Shown: positions 52,110-64,000 of the stretch, in pieces | Layout of the letters: each line of letters begins with the position of its first letter | Position numbering within the stretch: the stretch's first letter is position 1 | Assembly (NCBI RefSeq): GCF_006345805.1 | Contig: NC_043007.1 | Location: forward strand, 26,226,001 to 26,290,000 | Source: Octopus sinensis | Lineage: Eukaryota | Length of the DNA: 64,000 nt | Direction: 5' to 3' | Notes under the pieces: model-generated | The model's input: only the letters and a program-made list of their open reading frames with translations | Databases searched by the model: none | What the model was told of the DNA's origin: nothing | Made by a program: the position numbers and the translations under genes

Positions 52110-52320
52110 GCCATTTTAACATGGCTGTCCGTTCGAGCGGACTATACTGCAACTTTTTAACTCTAAGAGGACATCTCCTCTAGCTGGCTAACGATGCACA
52201 ACTACATCCCATAAAATTACGAGCAGTTGTGCATCGTTAACCAGCAAGAGGTGATGTCCTCTTGGGGTTAAAAGAAATCGTAGTAGGGTCCGCTCGAACG
52301 GACAGCCATGTTAAAGTGTC
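52110..52320. mobile_element. Palindromic MITE with TA TSD
   Basis: TA|gccattttaacatggctgtccgttcgagcgg...ccgctcgaacggacagccatgttaaagtgtc|TA; a half copy lies at ~52815-52897. Confidence 0.8.
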
Positions 52321-52340
52321 TATGAATATAAAAATAAATA

Positions 52341-52515
52341 AATGCGCCCTTTTAAAGCCTAGCAGCGTTACCCATTTTTGCCAGCTGAGTGGACTGGAGC
52401 AATGTGAAATGAAGTGTTTTGCTCAAGAACACAACGCATCGCCGGTCCAGGAATCGAAACCACAATCTTACGGTCATGGTGCTGACACCCTAACCACTAA
52501 GCCACGCGCCTCTAC
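52341..52515 (-). mobile_element. SINE family D, internally deleted
   Basis: Family D head and central region joined to the end of tail C. Confidence 0.75.
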
Positions 52516-52631
52516 TCTATGAATATTACTTGGCAGTAAAACTACTGCGTTGATCTCTTAGATATATTTTAGTACTAGCATTTTGGCTTGATACAAAATC
52601 ACCGATTGTGAGTTCGCTTGAAATATATATA

Positions 52632-52673
<42 letters not shown>

Positions 52674-52697
52674 CTATCATCACTAGCAGACTAGGTG

Positions 52698-52756
52698 TCC
52701 AGTGCTGAAGAGAGACAACAACAGCCCGAAACCAGAACTGATTTACTGGTCCTGTC
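52698..52756 (+). ncRNA. Degenerate type I hammerhead-like motif
   Basis: CTGAAGA 52705-52711, GAAA, perfect stem III ACCAG/CTGGT, GTC cleavage triplet 52749-52751; stems I and II mismatched. Confidence 0.45.
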
Positions 52757-53594
52757 GATAGGAGATGGTAGAGGTTCGCTACCCTGCTCCCAATTTTATC
52801 GGATGCAGCCTTGCATCGTCAACTATTTAGAGATGTCCCCTTGGGTTTAAAAATCGCAGTAGAGTTCGCACGAACGGGCAGCCATGTTAAAGTGGCTACC
52901 AATTTCATATAACATGGGTTAGTGTCTTCTACTATAGCATCGAGCCGAACAAAGCATTGTGAGTGGATTTGGTAAACGGAAAATGAAAGAAGCTTGTCGT
53001 ATACATATGCAAATATATATAATTATTTGTGTGTGTCTTTGTATGTGTTTGTCCTCCACCATCACTTGCCAACCGATGTTTGTGTGTTTATGTCTCCGAA
53101 CTTAGCGGTTCGGCAAAAGACCCCGACAGAATAAGTACAAGGCTTACACGAAATAAGTCCTGGGGTCGATTTCTTCGACTAAAATCCCTTACAGACGGTG
53201 CTCCAGCATGGCCACAGTCAAATGACCAAAACCTGTAAATCAATAAATAATGAGAAAAATAACTCTGTAATTTCGAACAACCATTTCCCCCAACAGTCTA
53301 CTGCGTCTTACATGAAACTATTACTACCAATAAGGCCATTTAAAAGTCACGTATCCATACACACACACATACACACATATCTATGCATATATATGTATAT
53401 GTTATTATAAGAAAGATTAGAAGGAGCCTTGTGAAACATAGCTACCCAGGATTTCCTGGGTAGCTATATTTTACAAGATTTTTTTTTGTGGCTTTTATTA
53501 TGACAATATCTCTTCTCACGTAACTGATCGAGTACCATATCACTTGTTGAAAATCAAACCACGGTATATATGCATGTATGTATGTATGTATATA

Positions 53595-53703
<109 letters not shown>

Positions 53704-54076
53704 ATTTATGTATGTATGTACGTATGTATGTATGTATATATGTATACTATATGTAAACATACATTAAAATATATATATAGATGCATGTATCTTTACAAAT
53801 ATATAAGTATACACATAATATACGCGCACAACAGAGGCAATCATATGAAGAAACTTACATAGCTACCTGTAATTTAATTCCTTATTTAATATACACATAT
53901 TCGTACATATATAAGTATGTGTTTGCATGTGTATATTTGCTTACATACATACATGTGTTTGTGTATGTGTGTGAGTGTAACAAGCTTACATAACTACCTG
54001 CAATTTGACTCCTTGCTCTCAATTTGTTATTCAACCTTGCTTTATTAAGTGATGTATTTATTACTTTCCCATTCAG

Positions 54077-54190
54077 AAGATACTGAATCGGCAATGTTCC
54101 AAGCGAGTTATAAGATCGTTGCCTTGATAAAGTCTGAGCTGCATAGACTTTATGACTGCTTGAAATCTCATCAATTTGTATGGGGAACGG
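54077..54190 (+). other. Candidate 114-nt phase 1-1 exon
   Basis: ttactttcccattcag acceptor, G|gtgaag donor, open frame EDTESAMFQASYKIVALIKSELHRLYDCLKSHQFVWGT; no homology recognised. Confidence 0.25.
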
Positions 54191-54401
54191 GTGAAGTCAA
54201 ATTTTGTTGCCAGATCAACTTCCTTAAACTTCACCACAAACACGGTGTTGCTTACAACATTATTAGAAACTTATCTCATCGTTGCGAGCGATTGGTAGAC
54301 TCGTTATACCATCAAGTAAAATGAGTGATGACATTTGTGTTAGCTTTCTGAGTTCAAATTCCGCTGGGGACAGCTTCAACATTATTAAACGCCTGTCTCA
54401 A

Positions 54402-54615
54402 GGCGGCGAGCTGGCAGAACCGTTAGCACGTTGGATGAAACGTATAGCGGTAATTCCCCTGTCACTACGTTCTAAGTTCGTATTCCGCCGAGGTCAACTT
54501 AGCCTTTCATCCTTTTGGGATCGATAAATTAAGTACCAGTTGCGTACTGGGGTCGATGTAATATACTAGCTCCCTCCCCCAAAACTTTCAGGCCTTGTGC
54601 CTAAAGTTGAAAGGA
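54402..54615 (+). mobile_element. SINE family B (alternative tail)
   Basis: Family B head and central domain, tail ...caggccttgtgcctaaag. Confidence 0.8.
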
Positions 54616-54761
54616 TTATAAAGCACCTATCTCAATTCGAGGGATTCGTGTAAAATGTATGATCGCATTTGTCCCGGCTTTCTGAGTTCAAATTCCGCTG
54701 AGGACAGCTTCACTTTTGATCTTTTCGGAGTCGATACGAAAGTTCCAGCCGAGAGCCGGCA

Positions 54762-54823
<62 letters not shown>

Positions 54824-54844
54824 CTCTCCCTCTCTCTCTCCCCG

Positions 54845-54884
<40 letters not shown>

Positions 54885-55974
54885 CTATCTACCTATCTCT
54901 CTTTCTGCCTGTTACATTATGAATTTTCTACTAAGTCGAAGAAAGAAAAACGACCAAAGTATGCCCATGCTTTGTAACGACTATATGGTCATCTAAAGCA
55001 ATCAGCGAAAGAATAATATATGTAACAAAGTAGTACTTGATTCTGAGAAATGGTTACAATACAATTTTTTAGGCACTCGACTCCACCTACCTTCTTTGAG
55101 AGCCAGGAGTTTACAGAGGAAGCTCTATCAGCTAGAATTTGGATCCAAATTCTCAAAAAGACTCTGCTTTATCAGGTCTGACATGAAGCTAGAATTAAAA
55201 ATAAGTTTAACTGGAGTCTATTTTTTCGTTCATGGTGGCCATTTTGTAGTTTACTGTTTGCCGACATCAAACATTATTAGTTTTCTCGGATTCCACTGTG
55301 TTCCTATAAGATATAAATATACACTATCATGATCTTATCCACAACATCACGGACCAACTACCCATTCACAACTTGATCTCTTGACCTGCGAGAAATATCA
55401 ACCAAGTTTTCTCTGAATCACAACCTACCGTATTAGATATAGGCGAGTACATTGGATGATATAATAATAGATATGCATTATTATTATTTTAAACTTTTCG
55501 ACATAGATCTGCGCCCCTACGGGGCAGCCTTCAAGATTTTTAGTCAAACAAAGCAACCCCAGTACATATAGGTGTTTTTTCTCAGGTTTGTTACTTATTC
55601 TGTCTTTCTTTTACCGAACCGCTAAGTTACAGAGACGTAATCAAATCATCAACGGTCGTCAAGCGATGGTGGCGGTACAAAAAACAAACCACAAAGATGG
55701 ACACATATACATATACGTACAGCTACAAAGCAAGCTTCTTAACTTCACAGCCATGCCAAAGCCAATAAAACGGCAAAAAAAAATATTTTAACCCTTGGTC
55801 AGCTCTCATCCAGCATAGTTTCTTGGCATCGCCATCCCACGTTTTGTTATTTTCTCCTTTTTAACCAACCGGTTATGGTATAAAGGAGATTTCTTTGTTG
55901 ATGTTGCTGTTATTGTTGTCACTAGCATCAGTTAGCACCAGGTCAGCTTTCACCCAGCGGATATATGATAAAAA

Positions 55975-56462
55975 GGCGGCGAGTTGGCAGAAACGTTAGC
56001 ACGCCGGACGAAATGTGTGGCCGTATTTCGTCTGCCGTTACGTTCTGAGTTCAAATTCCGCCGAGGTCGACTTTGCCTTTCATTCTTTCGGAGTCGATAA
56101 ATTAAGTACCAGTTACGCATCGGAGTCGATATAATCGAGTTAACCCGTTTGTCTGTCCTTCTTTGTCCCCTCTGTGTTTAGCCCCTTGTGGGTAGTAAAG
56201 AAATATGTATTTCGCTTGTGTTTATATTATAACACGGCGAGCTGGCAGAAACGTTAGCACGGCGGGCGAAATGCATAGCCATATTTCGTCTGCCGTTGCG
56301 TTTTGAGTTCAAATCCCGCCGAGGTCAACTTTGCTTTTTATCCTTTCGGGGTCGATTAAATAAGTACCAGTAACGCACTGGGGTCGATATAATCGATTTA
56401 ATCCGTTTATCTGTCCTTGTTTGACCCCTATATGTTTAGCCCCTTGTGGGTAATAAAGAAAC
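55975..56462 (+). mobile_element. Two tandem family B SINEs
   Basis: Heads at 55975 and ~56235. Confidence 0.85.
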
Positions 56463-57334
56463 AGATATATCATAAAAAGCATTCTAGCAAATCTCATCGT
56501 TTCATTGGGCATTGTGTAATTAGGACTACATTATTAAATGCTCCCTTGTTATTCTAACTACGATAGAGCATGTAACAGTAAAACTTAGCTGTTGTTATTA
56601 CTAGATCCAGCCACTTCGTAGAAGTTCCCTCGTTGGTTCGTCAAAAACTTTGTATTTTTGTGCTTAGAAATATGGTAGACTTTAAGTCTTCGAGTTGATC
56701 CATTCGTCAGGAACAGAAGATTATTTAATCTCACAAAAACATCCCTGGGATTCTTCTTCTAAGTAGCTTTTGTCGTTCGGAAGTTTACTTACGACTGACA
56801 ATACAAGTCAAAACAGACACACCATGTGTTGTAATATTTATTTAATTACATACCCCGTTTTCGGATTAGCTTTTTAGTCCGTTTCTATTCCATTATATTT
56901 ATTTATACAGAAACATATTGAATGCTTTCACCTCTGTTTCTATTTCTCTTTCCAGTACGTTCTTCTTTAATTATTATTGTTCCTATTTTCATTGACACAA
57001 CTCCAAATAGTGTAAATATGGTGTTAGTTGCTAAATGAGATAACAGAGAATTCATTTCTTCGCTCTCTTTCTTTCCTTCTTCACCTTTCTGCTGACACTG
57101 CTGTCGCTACCAACAAGCAATTTTAGTTGCTAAATGATACCCTGCTTACTCTAACCATTCTTTCAACATAGTTCTCTGTTTACGCGATATTCTTCTGGCA
57201 TAAATATGTCAAACGCTCACCTTACATTCCTAGAAATATTATAGGAAGCTAAGAGAACTACTAAAAGAACAAAAAAAAACACGTGTCTGTATGCGTGTAT
57301 GTATGCGTATATACATATATACATACATACATGC

Positions 57335-57443
<109 letters not shown>

Positions 57444-57562
57444 TGATAGATATATGTATGTTTATGTATATTTACATATACATTTATATACACATACATA
57501 CACACTAAATAAATAAACACACACACACACATATATATACATACATACATACATACATACAA

Positions 57563-57679
<117 letters not shown>

Positions 57680-57804
57680 TAATCTTCTTAAAGGTTTTAA
57701 GGCATAAAAGAAAAGTTGTATTTTTAAATTTTTGTTTATTTATGTAGTTGTCGAATAACAACAGCAATGATAATAATAATAAAAATAATAATAATAATAA
57801 ATAA

Positions 57805-57857
<53 letters not shown>

Positions 57858-57875
57858 GCAATGATAATAATAATA

Positions 57876-57929
<54 letters not shown>

Positions 57930-58214
57930 GGTTGGGTTCGGGGTTCGCAGATGACCGAGTTTTGTAATATACGAAAATCTCTAAGTGTCTTAGAGTGACA
58001 GGGATGATAGAATGCCGTGCTGGAAAACACGCCTTGTAGCATTTGGTTACGTCTATTTATAGTCTTGGGGCATAATCTCTACCGATGAGTGTTTGGCCTT
58101 TTATTCTTCAGGGTCAATAAAATAAATAATAGTAAAGTGCAAGAAATAGTTGAGTCGAGCAGAGAAAACTTGCTCTGAATAACGTCTATCTTCTGCACTA
58201 ATTAATACTTAGAA

Positions 58215-58875
58215 GGCGGCGAGCTGGCAGAGACGTTAGCACGCCGGGCGAAATGCGTAGCCGTATTTCGTCTGCTGTTACGTTCTGAGTTCAAATTCCG
58301 CCGAGGTCGACTTTGACTTTCATCCTTTCGGAGTCGATTGAATAAGTACCAGTTACGCACTGGGGGTCGATATAATCGACTTAATCCGTTTGTCTGTCCT
58401 TGTTTGTTCCCTCTGTGTTTAGCCACTTGTGGGTAGTAAAGAAATAGGTATTTCGTCTGTCTTTACATTCTGAGTTCAAATTTCGCCGAGGTCGACTTTG
58501 CTTTTCATCCTTTCGGGGTCAATAAATTAAGTACCAGTTGCGTACTGGGGTCGATCTAATCGACCGGCCCGACCCTTCCCAAAAATTTCGGCCTTGTGCC
58601 TAGAGTAGACAAGATTATGTTTTAAGCTTGCAGAATCGTTAGCACGCCGGGCGAAATGCTTAGCGGTATTTCATCAGTCGTTACGTCCTGAGTTCAAATT
58701 CCGCCGAGGTCGACTTTGCCTTTCATCCTTTCGGGGTCGATTAAATAAGTAGCAGTTACGCACAGGGGTCGATGTAATCGATTTAATCCGTCTATCTTTC
58801 CTTTTTTGTCCTCTCTGATCTAATCGACTGGCTCCCCTCCCCCAAAATTTCGGGCCTTGTGCCTAGAGTAGAAAA
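58215..58875 (+). mobile_element. Family B SINE multimer
   Basis: Three central domains with both tail types. Confidence 0.85.
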
Positions 58876-59516
58876 CTATTTAATGCTTAGCCTGCCAAGT
58901 GTTGTCGTTTTAAATTGTGTTTCTCTCAGCATTGTTTTACATCTTCGGCACAATAGTTTCAATTTTGGCAAATGGGTAGGAATATCAGAACAGGGTGTCA
59001 GTCGATTACATCAACCCAGAGCTCAAGGATGAAAGGGAAATTTGACCCTGCTAGAATTTGAACGGAGAACTTAAAACCGGAGTAAATGCCACTGAATATT
59101 TTGTCGAGCGTGCTAACGATTCTGCCATTTTGCTCTTTTCTACTAAAAGACACGAGGACCGAAATTTGGGGGAAGAGCTAGTCAATGACATAATTCCCAG
59201 TGCGTAACTGGTATGTATTTCATCGAATCCGAAACGATGAAAGGATGACTGACATCGACGGAATTTGAACTCAAGACTTAAAGACGGGCGAATTGACGCT
59301 GAGCATTTTCCCGGTGTACTAACGATTCTGCCGCCTTAAGATCTTCAGAAGAATGATATATTACATTGAAAGAGCTACTAAATCTAATCACTAGGTGTGA
59401 CTGTGTATTTGTTTAAGAAGTTCACTTCTCAACTTTTGCTTATCTGGTTCAATCCCACTGCTCCGTAACATAGGCAACTGTTTTTTTTTTGTTTCTTTTT
59501 TGTTTGTTTTTTTTTA

Positions 59517-59705
59517 CAAGTGGGTGCATAAAAAGTTCCTGGCATTAAAAGTATCGCGAAAGGCCTGACTGGAGGCCTAACTTTCAAGATTTAGAAAAAC
59601 TGAAGTATGTGAATCTGAGAGGTGAATGTGTTGAATAAAATCATAATTAACTGACCCTCCTGTATTTTCTTTTACCGAAGGCCAGGAACTTTTCAGCACC
59701 CCTTC
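59517..59705. mobile_element. Internally deleted mariner element (MITE)
   Basis: TIRs gggtgcataaaaagttcctggc and gccaggaacttttcagcaccc; retains the transposase end KYVNLRGECVE*. Confidence 0.75.
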
Positions 59706-60485
59706 AGATTCACCGAAGTCTCGAAAGTCAAATTTGGTAAACGCAATTTTTGTAGAAATCAATTAGAAGGACTAATATGAACCACCATTTTTTAACACTG
59801 ATGGTTGGCTTTGAGTGTCTTTATTGGATTATACTTAGTGAAGTTTAACCATTCTGATAAATTTCCAATTTGAGGTTAATTTACTTCTTCCAGCCAGGAA
59901 GATTTAAATGTCATTTCTTGTAGATCGAGCGACTATGTAGAGGTTCCTTTGATGCTTTCTGTAGTATTAGTTCCTGTCAGTACTATAATCTTTATATGTG
60001 CTATGTCCGTGACTATCCTGAAAGCGTGTAAGCAGCCGAAAATAGACTCTCTCCTCAGACTATGTCAAAATTAAATTCCGGGCCTTGTGCTTAGAGTAGT
60101 AAAGAATATACATTTGGAAGAAATTAAAAACATACATACAGATCTAAAATTTTGATTTTATTTCTCACTCTGATTACACAATCCTATGAACTAAAATAGA
60201 CAATTATAATATCTTAAATGTCATTACAGACCGCTTATGTACACACTATTCAAGTGCAGAATACTCAAGTGCAGACGGCAACGAAGTACATGCTAACAAA
60301 TCATATGTATAAACACTGGTTGTACTATTGAAGTGCTCTGACACATTCTCAAGATATAAAGCACGATATACCAAGTTCTGAACACTCAAGCCAGCGGGTA
60401 CTTTCGTTATGTTAGCCGCTGCACTGAATACCCAAGATTTGTAGATACTGTAATGTCATGTCTTATTCAAATTTTTATTTATTTA

Positions 60486-60787
60486 TGCGCCCTTTTCAAG
60501 CCTAGCCAGGCTCATGGGTCCGGTTTCCCGGTTTCTGTGGCGTTTGTGCTCCCCCCAGCTGGACGGGACGCCAGTCCATCGCAGCGTTACCCAAGAAACA
60601 GGAAGAAAGCGTGAGAGAAAGTTGGGGCGAAAGAGTACAATAGGGGTCGCCACCACCCCCTGCCGGAGCATCGTGGAGCTTTGGGTGTTTTCGCTCAATA
60701 AACACGCACAACGCTCGGTCTGGGAATCGAAACCGCGATCCTCCGACCGCGAGTCCGCTGCCCTATCCACTGGGCCATTGCGCCTCC
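60486..60787 (-). mobile_element. SINE family C, tail type C, full length
   Basis: Family C head plus the tail shared with family D copy 61374-61620. Confidence 0.9.
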
Positions 60788-61373
60788 TCTTACTCAAATA
60801 GCTTTTGACAATACCTCAGCTGCTCATACTCCATCTTCATCCAATGACATTTCAGAGCCAGATACGGTCCTTACCGTCTTGGTTCAGTTAGTATTAGAAC
60901 TACGGAGTGGTGTCAGTGCTGATGCGCAGCGTGACTCCGTCTCCGATGATGCCATCGCTCTCCACTGACATCCGGTGAGTCTATAATAGATGGATCAGAA
61001 ATATCAATTTAAATTTTAGCTCAAGACAAGCATTTTCGCGGGAGGCGTGTAAGTCACTTGCATTGATCTCCAATGCTCAACTGGTACTTATTTTTACGAC
61101 CCCGGAAAGGATGAAAGGCAAAGTTGACATCGGCGGACGATATGCTTAAGACTTTGCCAGCTCGTCGCCTTAAGATGAATGACAAATATCGATTACCGTT
61201 GCCTTTCGATTTGTACGTTCGTCTTCGCTGCGACTGCTCAGAGCATTGATCAAAGTATATTTTCTTGATTTTAAACCCAGAGCTACTGCGACGTCTTCTC
61301 ACATTGGTACAGATTGAGCTGAACGTATTGTTAGATTTCTGGGTTTTTCCTGATGTATGTCGTTGTGTGTGGA

Positions 61374-61620
61374 GTCGGGTGGCTTAGTGGTTAGGGTGTC
61401 AGAATTATGATCGTAAGATTGTGGTTTCGATTCCTGGACCGAGTGACGCGTTGTGTTCTTGAGAAAAACACTTCATTTCACGTTGCTCCAGTCCACTCAG
61501 CTGGCAAGAATGAGTAACGCTGCCATGGACTGGCGTCCCGTCCAGCTGGCGAACACATACGCCATAGAAACCGGGAAACCGGGCCCATGAAGCTGGCTAG
61601 GCTTTAAAAGGGCGCATTTA
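61374..61620 (+). mobile_element. SINE family D with tail type C
   Basis: ...gactggcgtcccgtccagctgg...gaaaccgggaaaccgggcccatg...aaaagggcgcattta. Confidence 0.85.
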
Positions 61621-62499
61621 TTTGTTTATGCCGTTGTGTAACTGGTCTCATTTAGCTTCCCATTTCCTCTCTAGAGCAACTGGGTTTATTCCGCATGGTA
61701 TCACACGAGTGGTTAGGAATAGATGTTGATGTGGTATTTGTGTACATCATAGGGTTGTTGGCTTTGTAGGTGTTACTTAAGATCTTGTCGATGTTGGATT
61801 TTTTAACCTAACACGGCCTTTACTGACATTTGGGAAACGCCATCCTGTTGAAACGTCAACAGTTCTTGTTGTAAACTACGGACATGTTGATAATCTCTTT
61901 GGTGATTCCTACTGAGGTTATGCACTGTCAATGTTACTGGAAACTACGAAAAAAATGGTCCTTACAAAAGGTAAGGTGTATTCACAGAACATAAGGACTG
62001 GTTCGGTGTGAAAATAGTTCTGCATCTTGTCAGTAGACTTCAGGTCAATGGGCAGCTTGATAGTGCAACGAAACATCGTTATTGGCGAAAGCTTGAAAAA
62101 AAATTATGAATAAAACTTCTAGCAATCACACAAATTCAAAGAAAAACCCGAGTAATACCAGTCGCAGACTTATTTACAATGACAACAAAAATTAGAAGCA
62201 CCAGTATTTATAAGTGTAACTTCGTTGTACACTTTGATGACCTCACCCTTAACCTGACCTCACGTCTTGACGTGACAGTACACCTTTCAGAAGAACAATA
62301 CTTGCTTTCATTACTTTGTCTTAGTTGAACATACGATTTATTAACACATCATGACTTCTTTAAAAAGTCCCCCATATAAATTCATAGTGTTGCGGGCATT
62401 GAAATAAATTACCTAAAATCTTAATTATTCAGTAATCTTTGAATTTAATTTACATTTCTGAGCAATTTCGATTTCGCAATTTCTTTTAGATGTACTATA

Positions 62500-62694
62500 T
62501 TACATTGTGTCATCTCATAAATAATGTGGCTTTTTATCTTAATTTATTTTTCAAAATTAACATAAACAAAGTTCTTTTTTAATCTAAAATATACTCTCCT
62601 TCATTTTCTACAATGATCTTCCATCTATCTGGCAGATTTGCAAGGCTCCTCTTCCAAAATTCACTTGTCCGCGATGAAAAATACTCTCTCCACG
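62500..62694 (-). mobile_element. Mariner transposase C-terminal fragment
   Basis: WREYFSSRTSEFWKRSLANLPDRWKIIVENEGEYILD* (end of ORF 62579-62812); interrupted by a family D SINE at 62695-62872. Confidence 0.8.
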
Positions 62695-63111
62695 CCACTG
62701 ATGTTATCCAAGGGAAAGGCAAAGGTCGATACAACTTGGCACCAGTAACGTCGCAACTCATTTCTACAGCTGAGTGAACTGAATCAACGTGAAAATAGAG
62801 TGTCTTACTCAAGAATCTAACACACAGCCCGGTTCAAGAATTGAACTCACTACCTCATGATTGTGAGCCTTCACATTATGTCGTACTTAAAACAAAATAC
62901 AGTACATTTTTACTCCAAATTACCTTATTTATGAAAAATACATGGAGGTATAAACTGGTGAGGAAGAATATAGGCTAGCGCAGCTCTAAATTTATAAATC
63001 TTGAAGGGAAAATATTCCAGGTTTTGAAATACAGATTTGCTTCAGAAAAAAAGCACGTCGTGGGTATAATAATGACTGGAGAGATAAATTCTGGCCAAGC
63101 TTGTTTCATAC

Positions 63112-63281
63112 TAACAGTTATCGCCAAGCTAATATGGCAGTCCATAAATATAAGACTAAAGCTGCCGTTGATTAGCTCCAAGAAGCCATCGCCTATAGAG
63201 GCGATGGCCTCTTGGAGTTCATCAACGGCAGCTTTAGTCTTATATTTATGCACTGCCATATTAGCTTGGCGATAACTGTTA
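63112..63281. repeat. 170-bp palindrome (83-bp arms, 4-nt loop, ~4 mismatches), Tc1-like MITE
   Basis: taacagttatcgccaagc...gccatcgcct atag aggcgatggc...gcttggcgataactgtta. Confidence 0.9.
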
Positions 63282-63499
63282 ATATCCAGTTCCGCTGCCG
63301 TAGTCTCCTTTAAAGAGACTTAGATATAATAATATTTCTATTGTTTCATACTCCTGTGTATAAACTGGATGAATCAAGAATAAACATGGTGAGTAACAGA
63401 GGTTGGTTCTATTTAACACCGGATAGGGTTTTGAGGGATGGTGTTAATGCAGACCGCTACAGCGGTGACTAATAGCTATACAAAAGCTATATCAATCAC

Positions 63500-63850
63500 G
63501 TCGATCTCACCTGTCTCGGAGGAACCTGTGACGCCCATGCTTGTAGGCCCTTCCTCCTGACCAAACCATAGAATATAGAACCTGTACACGAACCTAAAGC
63601 GTTTCTACTGGTAATCTATAGACACGGTACCGATTCAGCCGGCTGCGTGTCTATCAATCACCTGTCTCGGAGAAACCTGTAACGCCCATGCTTATATCAA
63701 TCACCTATCTCGGAGGAACCTGTAACGCCCATGCTTGCAGGCCCTTCCACCTGTCCAAACCATAAATGAAAGAAACTGTACGCGAACCTACAGCGTCTCT
63801 ACTGGTAATCTACAGACACGGTACCGACTCAGCCGGGTGCGTGTCTATCT
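63500..63850 (+). repeat. GC-rich tandem repeat: two ~150-bp units separated by a ~43-bp partial unit
   Basis: cacct(g/a)tctcggag(g/a)aacctgt(g/a)acgcccatgctt occurs three times; agacacggtaccga occurs twice. Confidence 0.85.
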
Positions 63851-64000
63851 GTGGTACTGCCAATGAAACTATGAATGCAATAGAAAAATAGAATGGGAAA
63901 AAACACAATTATTTAAGCAAGTTATGAGGTTCAATAAAATGTTACGTCGTATTTTTTATTAAGTCTGTGTATACACGTACGTGTCTGTATGTGAGTGTGT

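Noticed and set aside
56690-56725. CTGACGA on the minus strand as a hammerhead core
   Set aside because: GAAA is replaced by GAAG and the stems do not form convincingly
61630-62090. Possible Penelope-like coding remnant on the minus strand
   Set aside because: Only a vague resemblance with many stops; not supportable without a profile search

Overview
AT-rich eukaryotic genomic DNA, very rich in microsatellites and repeats, with one 100-N scaffold gap. The SINE repertoire and microsatellite load look like an octopus (coleoid cephalopod) genome; this is inference. Almost all long ORFs in the track are artefacts of simple repeats. Supported content: one convincing plus-strand internal exon of a claudin/PMP22-like membrane protein (7591-7740) and a few weaker exon candidates; dozens of copies of four tRNA-derived SINE families; decayed transposon fragments (Ty3/Gypsy pol, CR1, two RLE-type non-LTR elements, pogo/Tigger, mariner, Helitron-like, palindromic MITEs). 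The most striking feature is a TA-flanked array of ~490-bp units at 5063-7003 (three direct copies, a partial copy, then an inverted copy). The three full direct copies and the inverted copy each carry a type I hammerhead ribozyme fold, the architecture of a non-LTR retrozyme that could make circular RNA. Also notable: further hammerhead-like motifs, a TSD-flanked chimera of a 5' tRNA-Lys half and a SINE, one SINE head carrying four different 3' tails, and a ~300-bp inverted duplication enclosing a promoter-like segment. Repeat boundaries were read by eye and may be off by a few bases.
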